The notes beneath the pieces were generated by a model. That model was not told the DNA's origin and ran no database searches. It worked only from the letters and a program-made list of their open reading frames with translations. DNA of 63,249 nt, filler included, from Platydemus manokwari (taxonomy: Eukaryota): assembly GCA_037951405.1 (NCBI GenBank). It is 5 parts of 5 records of this genome, joined end to end, with 100 filler letters (N's around TTAATTAATTAA, not from the genome) between each part and the next. Parts side by side here need not be neighbours in the genome. Positions count along the whole stretch, not along the records: positions 49,973 to 63,249 come from JBBMOY011771395.1; 4 more parts are not named here. The stretch is one strand, 5' to 3'. Positions 53,595 through 63,249 of this stretch are shown one piece after another. The stretch's first letter is position 1, and every line of letters begins with the position of its first letter. A program made the translations under genes and the position numbers.

Positions 53595-55620
53595 TTCTCT
53601 AATATCCTCATTTGATGACAAAACTTGGAATGAAGATGATGGGATAAAAACTAAACCTTGGTTTAACCACTGTAAATAATAATCATAATCTAAGTCACTT
53701 GGGGCTGATCCAGACCTAAATTCATCAAGTTTCGAATAGAATTTTGAGGTAGGATACTCATTTTCATTTTCATTAGAAGAATCATCGATAATTTTTTTAA
53801 ATAAAATTTGAAGGAAATTCATTAAAGTGATCTCCATTCAAAACTTTGTGTATTATAGATCTAAGTAATTTTCTAAAAATAACTTCTTAAGATCATCATA
53901 ACTAAAAGTCTAATAATTTATTAAAAATCATAAATTCCAAAAGAATATCTTTTGTGGGCTTATGTAGAAATATATTACTAATAAATAAATTTATTTCGAA
54001 CACGAAATCAGATTCTTGAATTGTTTTGTCTTCATACATCTTTGCAATTTTTTGTTTTCTACGAAATTTTTCTTCAAAAGTAAAATCACCACCTACTCCA
54101 ATGTTCGATTTTTTACTATTCGAAAAACAATACCAATCTGTTGGATGTAAATTATAATTATATTTTACATATTTTTCATAATTTTTAGGAAGGTCATCCT
54201 TAAAAATTATATTGTCAAAAATATAACAAGTGGAATAATTTTTTGTACCTTTTTGCAAAAGACATTCGGTAGTCATTTTTTATTTATTGTTTTCACCTTT
54301 ATAAAACTAAACTAATGCTTTTAAATCAGAAATGATTTCTGATAACTTATTGATTTCTGTTCTATCTTTAACTTTTAAAATATAATCTTTAATTGATTTA
54401 TTTAATTTGTCACTAAATTGAAATCTAAAATAATTTGCCATGATTTCAACAAATTCTCCTTCAGTTTTTGCTTCTATAAATTTAATGTTTAATTTGATCA
54501 GATATTAATTTTATTTCAGCTTTACTTATTTTTGTATTTTTTTTCTATTATTTTAATAATTGAATTATACAGTGATTGAATCAATACTTTCTGTGTTTTT
54601 AGTAATTGATTTTTCATTATTTGTAAATTATCCTTTTGTAGACGCGAGTCTTCTACTTGATGCTGATAAATGAATTCTTTTTATTAATGTTGATGATTTC
54701 ATTTTCTAAATATGATTTAATATCATCAACATATTGTTTATTTAAACCATCTGTTAGAATTTCAGGATTTCCTGAATCGGTTATTTTATGATTCCTCATC
54801 CCTAAATCACCCTTCATAAAATCACTTTTCTCATTAATATATTTTTTATCATAGGTTCTTTCATTAGTATTCATCTTATTTTGTACATCTTTCATGTTAT
54901 TTTTTGAACTGTTATTAAATTTGTGAACCAAGTCAAACATTTTTTGAAGTATAAAAAAGTAATGTATACGATTGAAGATGATTTCTCATATCATTAATAA
55001 TGTAATCAAATTTTAATCAGTTGCCTAAACAATACAAAAAAATTGTCCACATAATACAAAATTGTCCACATAATTCTCTTTCGGTTTGTATTTGAAAAAT
55101 TTTATAAACAAAGTTTTCACCTTGAAAAAATTATAATCCTCTTTGGCTGGTAAAATTCCATAAGAATCGAAATAAATATTATGACGTTTACTGATTGGAA
55201 GAAATATAATTTATCAATACCGTGTTTAACCGCTTCACAAACTTCACATTAAATTTTTTCTTTTTACTACTTAATGCAAGATGAAATGATTTTCCAATAA
55301 CAGATTTTCCAATAAATAAACTAACTCGTACCTCATAATATAAAGTAAATACTGGAAAAATTGATAATACATTCAAAACCCCTAAAGATATTATATTTTA
55401 ATTGAATATTTTAGACCACTATCCACTTTTGTATATTTATTTTTTAACTTCCTATAATGACTTAATAATTATTATAAAACTCATTTTTTCATAAAATTTT
55501 CAATTCTAAGATTGTTAATGTTTACTTTTAATGTATCATTTTCATAACCTAGATTATTGGTTATTGGTTCGTTAAGTTTAAGAATTATTCCTATTGTTCG
55601 TTTTTAGATATTGCTTACAA
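53595..55620 (-). mobile_element. Maverick/virus-like segment B; 53683-54247 duplicates 50527-51079
   Basis: Near-identical ORFs to segment A (TKNYSTCYIFDNIIFKDDLPKN; FYSKLDEFRSGSAPSDLDY); fibre/stalk-like motif MKGDLGMRNHKITDSGNPEILTDGLNKQYVDD at 54653-54940. Confidence 0.6.
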
Positions 55621-56295
55621 TATTTTAGAGGGAAATGCAATATGTGATCTATCTGTGATATATTTGTTTTTAAAGGGCATCAATAACGAAATTTGAAGAC
55701 CACTTTTCAGTATATATATAATGACATGTTCCTAAGTTTGTAAAACTTTATTTCGATTATGTACGATTATTATTTAATTCTATGAAATTATTTACTTATA
55801 TCATACCATATATGAAGACATGGACCTGATCAAGAATCCATGGAAAAGTATTCACAAAATTAACAATTTGGAACACAATAAATACCAAGTTAAAGTCCCT
55901 AAATTCCTTGAATTTTATTTGATTCTTACTGTTTAATTAATTATTTGAAGTTTCAACGAACGATTATATTGTTGTTTAATTAAAAATTAATTATCATTGG
56001 TTCATTTTTTCTTTAATTCATTTTGTTTAACTAAAGCATTATAATCATTTATTTGTATAATTTATATTTTCAAGTATTTTGAAATTCTACAACTATGTTA
56101 AAATATGAATTACAAAAAATTATTAATTAATTTAATTATAAATTATTTTATTTATATTTATATTTACTATGCTCATATTGATCCGTTTATTGCCACTATT
56201 TATTATTTCTTGAATAACAATATAATATTACTTCAGATTTATAATAAGAATAACTTAAGTATTTTAGAAAATTCACTTTGTAATTCAGAGTTCCA

Positions 56296-58038
56296 ATGCA
56301 CATAATTATTGAAACTGTTGATGGAAAAGTAATTACATTGAACGTGTGTTCATCCACAAATGTCCAGGAACTGAATTTACAAATTCAACAAAAAATTGGA
56401 ATCAAACCAGATGAACAAAAGTTAGTGTTTCAAGGAACAACATTAAATGCTGAAAGTACTTTAGAGGAAAATGGAATATGTGATCGCTCTGTGATATATT
56501 TGCTTAAGTTTGTTAGGTAATTATATGGTTTGAGATGATTTGAAATTCAATAATTTGATACAACAGAATTGGTTGGATACAAATATTCATTAAGATTGTT
56601 AATGAGGAGATGTTTTTGTTGGAAATAGAAGAATATATGACTGTCATGGAACTGAAATTGAAAATTGCGTATAAAATGGGATTCAAACCGAAAACACAAA
56701 TATTATCATTTCAAGGAGGAGATTTAAGAGATGAGTGTACTCTGGAGGATTACAGAATATCCGATCAGTCTGTGATCAGTTTGGCTGTCGAATCAAGGCA
56801 ATGATTTGATTTGAGATGATTTGTCTTTCAATAATTGTGCATTTTAGAGGTGGTGCGATGGAAATATTTATTGAAACAATGGATGGAAAACAATTTGTAA
56901 TGCAAATGTGCAAGCTGGATAAGGTTCGAGAACTGAAATATAAAATTGAAAATAAAATCAAAGCCAGTCCACATGATCAAAAATTAGTTTTTAAAGGCGG
57001 AATATTAAAGGATGACGGGCGCACATTGGGTGAATGCGGAATACGCAATAAGTCTGTGATAAATGTGGTCACGAGATCAACGTGATTTTATGGTTTGCGA
57101 TGATTTATTGATTGGTTACAGACATGGTATTGGCATGATACATCACGGAAAGCGTGGTTTTTCAGCCTCTCGAAGATTTGATTATTCTATGAATGATCGC
57201 GGACGGGATGTTTTATTGAATGATCAGAGATTCGATCACAGACGTATTCGCATCATTGTCAAAAACAGCGATGAAAAAAGAAGAGTTTCAAATGCGCACG
57301 TATGATACGGTTGAAGATTTGAAATTGAAAATCCGAGACAAAATTGGAATTCTACCGGCAAACCAAATATTAACATATCAAGAAGGAGCATTGGAATTTT
57401 CAAATTTATCACAAATTCATTATTTATTTTATAATTGAGAGAATAATTATAAAATAAATAATGAATTTGTGATAAATTTGAAAATTCCAGAGAAGTAATG
57501 ATTTTGATAATTTGATGTTTTATAACTTATAAATGCAGACCTGAATGGATAAAAGTAATTATTAAAATGATGAATGAAACTCCTTTCCGTTGGAATTATT
57601 AAAATCCGTGAAAGTCTCGGAAATAAAATTGAAAATTGAAGAAAAGATTGGATTTACACCAGATGAACAAAGATTGTTGTTCGGAGGTAAAATATTAGAC
57701 AGTGATGAATGCACATTGAGTCAGTGCGGAATACAAGATGACTTTGAGATAACTGTGGTTATCAGATTGGGGTGATTTTATTGTTTGAGATGATTTACGT
57801 TTCAATAATTGATTGGTGCAGATTTGATATAGTTATCAAACAAATGAATGGAGAAACTATAATGGTTAATGCTTCTATAAAACCAAAAATACGAGATATA
57901 AAATTGAAAATTGAAGAGAAATTGAAAATAAGCGCAGATGAGCAACAGTTAAGATTCAATGATGCGATTCTAGAGGATAAGAGAAGATTACGTGATTATA
58001 ATATTGATGAGAAATGTGTCATCGATTTGATTTCCTAA
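56296..58038 (+). CDS. Multi-ubiquitin-like protein, six diverged UBL domains on six exons (two apparent frameshifts and one palindromic insertion; may be a pseudogene)
   Basis: UBL1 MHIIIETVDGKVITLNV..V.EL..QIQQKIGIKPDEQKLVFQG..L....TLEENGI.DRSVIYL, with five further UBL repeats. Short introns at 56517-56566, 56798-56847 (GC-AG), 57082-57121, ~57495-57538 and 57772-57821; phase 2 where checkable. Confidence 0.85.
57392..57489. repeat. Perfect 45-bp-arm palindrome (8-nt loop) replacing the end of UBL4
   Basis: 57392-57436 is the exact reverse complement of 57445-57489. Confidence 0.95.
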
Positions 58039-58869
58039 AGGTATTCGTGAATCCAATCTATATACTTAACAATGAATTATATTTATATATCACTGAATTT
58101 AAATTTTAAAAATCACTTTGTCATTTATCGATTTCTAGTGATTGATATGGCTCATAAAATGCAAGTACACAACAACAATTTCAAAACATCTTGTCTTTAT
58201 TATATTTTATGTTATGTATTATGTGCTATGAATTGCTATAGAATTGATGAGATAAATATAAAACAATAGTGAAGCATGCCAAATGATGACAGAATAATAA
58301 AGACGTAATAATCAATAACAAAATGGATTCATTTTACAAATGTTTAATATATAGCTATTATATTGCATATATTAGGAATTTAAAATTAAAACAAATAAAT
58401 AGAATTATAAAATGTATTTACAAACTGTTATGGAAAATATACTTTCAATTAAATACAGATTTAAGAACTTGATGAACAGTCTCAATATATATTATGTACT
58501 CATCATTTTAGTCAGATTACTTGCCACTTGCCATTTTCTTTGACATGTGTGTCAGTAATTATCTGACATTTATGTAGATTTACAAAAATTGATAAAAAAA
58601 TTGTTCTCTTTTATTGGTCACATTCAATTTTGATAATACGGTTCTTGGTCTAAGATAAAGATTTGAGGCAGAATCAAAATAAATGACTAAAGTTTTAAAA
58701 TACATCATTTAACGTAAAATTATTTACTCAAAACCGTGCTGGAATTCCTTATCGATGTTCAGTCGCGTGTAGAATTCCCACCATCTCGATGACCCAATTA
58801 TTGCTTCATTAGCTGATTGTCAGCTCCGCCTTGATTTTCTGTTTTCTAGCTTCGACCGACCTTCAAAAT

Positions 58870-61800
58870 CAAACTAACCACAATTTTTATTTTTTGAAAA
58901 TATAAATTTCTTATAATTTAAACCCCATCAATTAGTTAAAAACATTTCGAATGCTACAACTGACTGATTTAATTATAATAATAATTTGTTTTAATTTAAG
59001 AAAAGTTTAACTTCTAAATCTATAAATTTATAAGTTATTTTTTTAGTTTGGTAAACTTCTTTAATAATGTAGATGTTTCTTGAAAATTTATGGTTTTTTC
59101 TTTGAGAAATATTATAACTTTTAAAATTTTTTTAGATTTTTTATATTCATGAGTTAAGAAATCATTACTGTATAACATTGTATATATATGTAGGGATTGG
59201 ATTATTTCGTAAAATAAATTTTATTATTTAATTAACATTTGTATTTTTAATAATCTTGTTTTGTTTTTCATCAATTGCTTTTAAATTTTGATTCGTAACT
59301 AACAAACGCTTATTTATATTTTCCTGTTTTCCCTCAATAGCTTTTAATTTTACATATCCTCCTAACTAACTCTTATTTTCATCATCAATAGCTAATTGTT
59401 GTTTGCTTTGATTTTCAGTAACTGGTTTTAGTAATAGTTTAAAAAATTCCGCAATACCTTGATTTATTAAAATCTTTGAATATTGTTTTTCTTCAGATTC
59501 TGTGTTTAATTTTTTTTAAATCTATAATCTTTCTTCAATCCTTTTTTTATATCAAAACTGTTCATTTCTTCATATAAAATTTGAGATGATTAAAGTAACA
59601 TAAGTTACATAAACCTATATTACTTGCTCCTAGTCTCGGGTCACAAGCACACTCAAATTTGTTTTTCTGATCAGGGTATCTAATATTTATATCTATCACC
59701 GACAACTCATCGTCAGTATAAACATCGTATCGAATTTTATTTGGATCCATTTTTATAAATCTTTATTTAAAATATTCTTTATTTTTGTAATGTCAGGGTA
59801 TAACTCAAGGGTATATGAAAATGTTTTTTTTTATTTTTAAATAGATGACACAACCCGTAAAACCTCACCGGATATGAAATTAAAAAACTTTAAACCATTA
59901 TCTATTTTACTCCATTTATTTTTAATTTACTATAATATTTACTTTTAATGTATCGTTGTCATAACCAAGATAATATGGACTCATATTTGGAGCATCTGAT
60001 GTAGCACTTAAAATTATCAAGGTTGGGATAAAGTTTTATCAGTCAATATAAACTCCAATTGACTTACTATTTGATGGTCTATCAGGAAAAATAATTCCAC
60101 CAAATAAATTAATTTCATGTGGAGTATTAAATTCTTTAAGAAATCAATTATTTAAATCAATTTATTTAACCCAATATCTGATGATTTATTAAATCCATAA
60201 ATTACTAATCTAGGATTAATACTCAAGACATATTTTTTTCATATAAGGAAAAGAACATTTATCAATACATATATATTATCTACACCATAATTATTTTCCA
60301 GAAAAACAGTTCCACCTTTTATTCCAATAGAAATTCCTTTTTACCAAGATATTTAAAAAAACTACAAAATAAATTTATAAATTTTATACCTCCAACCACT
60401 CGATTAAATTCTGGTTCATAAGTAAAATTAACACGAATTCCTATATTTTTATATTTGCCATTATATTATTCCCAAAAACAATACCACTAATTTACATCGG
60501 ATTTTTTTGTTACCTATCTTAAGATATTTTCCAAGATGTTTAGATGGATTATCATTAATTGATTCAGATTTTATTTGTTTTTCTGATTTCTTATTCAAAA
60601 TTATTTTTAATTTCTTCAATACATTTTTAAAGATATTTCTCATTTACACATGAAAATCATTTTCTGGATTTCTTAACGTTGTTATTTTGTAAATGTTAAA
60701 TCATACATTACCCCTCATACAATTTTCTTCCTTATTAATATATTTTCTATCATGAATTTGTTCTCTAGCATTAATCATTTCTTGAACATCGCTTATATTG
60801 TTTAATGAAAAATTTTTAAATTTTTATATTATCAAAAACTTTTATCTGTTATTGAACAGTTAACATTTATTACCTTAAGCTCAGATGAAGTAATATAAAA
60901 GTTAGTTAATTAGTTAAATATAATTAATAAATAGTGTTTTGATAACTGTTCCTAAATTTTTTACTCATTAACCTATTGCCAAGGTTTTGTGTGTTTACCA
61001 TTTTTTTCAATGTATTTTTCATCATCAAATAGGGTTATTCCATATTTTCTTATTAATAATAATATATTTTATTTTATATATTTATAAAAAATAAATTTAA
61101 TCTTATATAAAATTAAATTTGAATTAAAACTTTAATTCATTTAAATATCTCACAATAGATGTAAAAAGATATTACTTGATTATTATAATAATTGAATCAT
61201 ATAAATTTTTAAAAATGAATTTCTGTGCGTACCTTTCCTTTTTATATGAATCCCTTTTGTTTTCCAAAAATTTGAAATAACCCACCAATAGATTTGTTGA
61301 TATTCATGGTTTTTCCAAATATTTCGAAATAACCCACCAATAAATTTATTGATGTTTATGTTCTTCACAAAAAAATATTTTTAAATTCTCAATTTTTTTC
61401 TAACTATAATAATGATAATAATAATATTTATAATAATAATATTAATAATATTGATAATAATAATGATAATAACAATGATAATAATAATAATAATTCTACA
61501 TACAAACTCGGTGAGTGGAGAAATTTTCAACGAACATACTCAGTGTCTCGATAATTTCAAATTTAATCGATAACGATTTGCATGTTTTGAAAATCGTTAA
61601 CATGATTGTGTGTTATGCTATTGTTTAAGTGAATTTGAATCGAGCACATATTTGGAAGGGTATTGAGAAGTGTTTTGAAGGGGTTTCGAGCCTGAATTAA
61701 ATAAAATTTATAACTTTTGATTTACTGAACTGATTTTATTAAATTATATATCAAATTGATGGGAATTCAATGGGGAAATTAAATAAGAACATTTACATAT

Positions 61801-62040
61801 AAATTTCCGAATTCTAGTAAATTCCAATTGCCATTAAGCTTGAATAAATCTTCTAACTTTTGTGGAAAATCTTATTAATTAAATGTTCCCTTGATTTTTT
61901 ATGAGAGATTAATCCTCTTTTATTTTTAAAATATTTATTACACACTTCAAAATGAAATTCAAAATTGGGTTCATTCATTTTTAATGAATAATTTTTAATT
62001 AGAAAGTATTTTATTACTTTAATATCTAATAAAAACACAG
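58870..62040 (-). mobile_element. Maverick/large-DNA-virus-like segment C (degenerate)
   Basis: Packed Lys/Asn/Ile-rich intronless ORF remnants; RPB1-clamp-like ORF at 59562-59750; C2H2-like F(H)FEVCNKYFKNKRGLISHKKSREH at 61853-62038; LGY(D/E)NDTLKVNI repeat shared with segment B. Confidence 0.5.
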
Positions 62041-62299
62041 AAATTACATTTAATTAACTTTGTTTATGCATGGAGTAGAAGGAAAATGAAGGGACTGGCT
62101 CGGATTAGGGGTGGGTCTGGGCTAGAACCCTCATTTTCCGTCTTCTAATGAAGGACAAAATGTTTCTAATAGCTAAGATTCAGAAAATAGTATGAAGATA
62201 TAAAAATTTATTAAGATTTTCTAGGAATACACTCCTCAACAATTCTGAACTATTATTTATTTAAGAGATTTAATAAAAAACTGAAAAACTGAAAGACTA

Positions 62300-63060
62300 T
62301 TTTTGATGAGAACGAAGTACTTACTCAAAAAGTTTTGAGAGCAATAAATGTACACTTAAAAAATATTGTTAGCCCATCTAAAAATGAGTTGAAGATCTGA
62401 TCTTAAAGGTCATAGGTGATTCTAGTACTTTAGTTTAAATTTTCATAATAAAATTGTTGAGCAAATTAGATTAAAATATTTATAAATTTGTACATGAAAT
62501 TAAAAAAGATCTTTGTGTGATTAAACCATCAACAAAAGCAACAAATTTAAATAAATCTGCTGATAGTGTTTGTGAATCTTAGTAAACTTCAACTCCTTTA
62601 GATATTTGTAATAGTTTTTCAGAATATGAAATAGGCATGTTGATCATAAAGTAACTTAAGAAAATAATTTCTCTCCAAATTTATTTAATTCGTTAAGATT
62701 AATTACTTGAAATAATGACTTTGATTCCAACATTTCATAGACCAGATGTTTACCTTCTTCCAACCAAAATGGAATTCTACGAGGTTTAACGGCTATTGGT
62801 TAATCAATGTTTGTTTTCATACTATATTTCACGATCTCGCATTTTTCTAAGCCCTTTGGGCCTATACTAAAACTATTTCTATATTTCGATAGAACTCTCA
62901 TAACATTGTTCTTATCCTCAGGATTCAGTTTATCACCTATGTTCAATGATTTTTGATATTCATCTAGCATATTTTCTCTCTTTTTGAAATATAAATTATA
63001 CAACTCAACTGAATTCCCAATGCTGTCCTCGTTTATTTCTTCTATCCAACCTAGATTCAT
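62300..63060 (-). mobile_element. Ty3/Gypsy pol pseudogene (pre-RT and RT N-terminus)
   Basis: LNPEDKNNVMRVLSKYRNSFS...LEKCEIVKYSMKT...PIAVKPRRIPFWLEE...EMLESKVII is typical of the Gypsy RT start. Confidence 0.8.
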
Positions 63061-63249
63061 TCCAATATAAATTTAAATATAAAATTAACATAAGAAAATT
63101 TATTTATTTATTTATTCATTGTCAAACAATTTATTATAGAAATAATCAATATTTAATTGTAAGTGTTAGTTGCTAGCACTTTTTCATTTTTTATAATGAA
63201 TTGAATAGTTGTAATTTCCTAAAACACAAATATAAAATTACAATTAATA

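Noticed and set aside
53484-53837. 117-aa ORF as a real gene
   Set aside because: It reads across two duplication breakpoints (53683 and 53594).

Overview
Very AT-rich eukaryotic (metazoan) scaffold with short ~40-60 nt introns and four 100-bp assembly gaps containing a TTAATTAATTAA linker. Composition and gene style suggest a flatworm such as a planarian, but this is inference only. Host genes recognised from spliced translations: ZFYVE19/ANCHR (minus, 296-6190), the 5' WW exons of ARHGAP39 (plus, ~14.7-15.35 kb), TRAPPC10 (minus, ~30.5-41.3 kb), an intronless non-RD Ser/Thr kinase (41590-42534) and a core-2/I-branching GT14 glycosyltransferase (47.7-49.9 kb, 5' end lost in a gap). Intergenic and intronic DNA holds many decayed elements: Ty3/Gypsy, TRIM-like mini LTR elements, pogo, hAT MITEs with 8-bp TSDs, and Penelope/LINE-like remnants. 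Four items are most interesting. (1) A six-domain, strongly diverged multi-ubiquitin-like gene built by tandem duplication of an exon+intron unit, interleaved with duplicated blocks of Maverick/Polinton- or large-DNA-virus-like sequence (50-62 kb), which includes an RPB1-clamp-like mini-ORF. (2) A head-to-head pair of rapidly diverging, secreted Cys-rich peptide genes lying just upstream of the kinase and TRAPPC10. (3) A parvovirus/densovirus NS1 helicase fossil at ~7.6-8.7 kb that the ORF track misses. (4) TRIM-like elements that share a primer-binding site with a nearby Gypsy. All family assignments come from motif recognition by eye; no searches were run.
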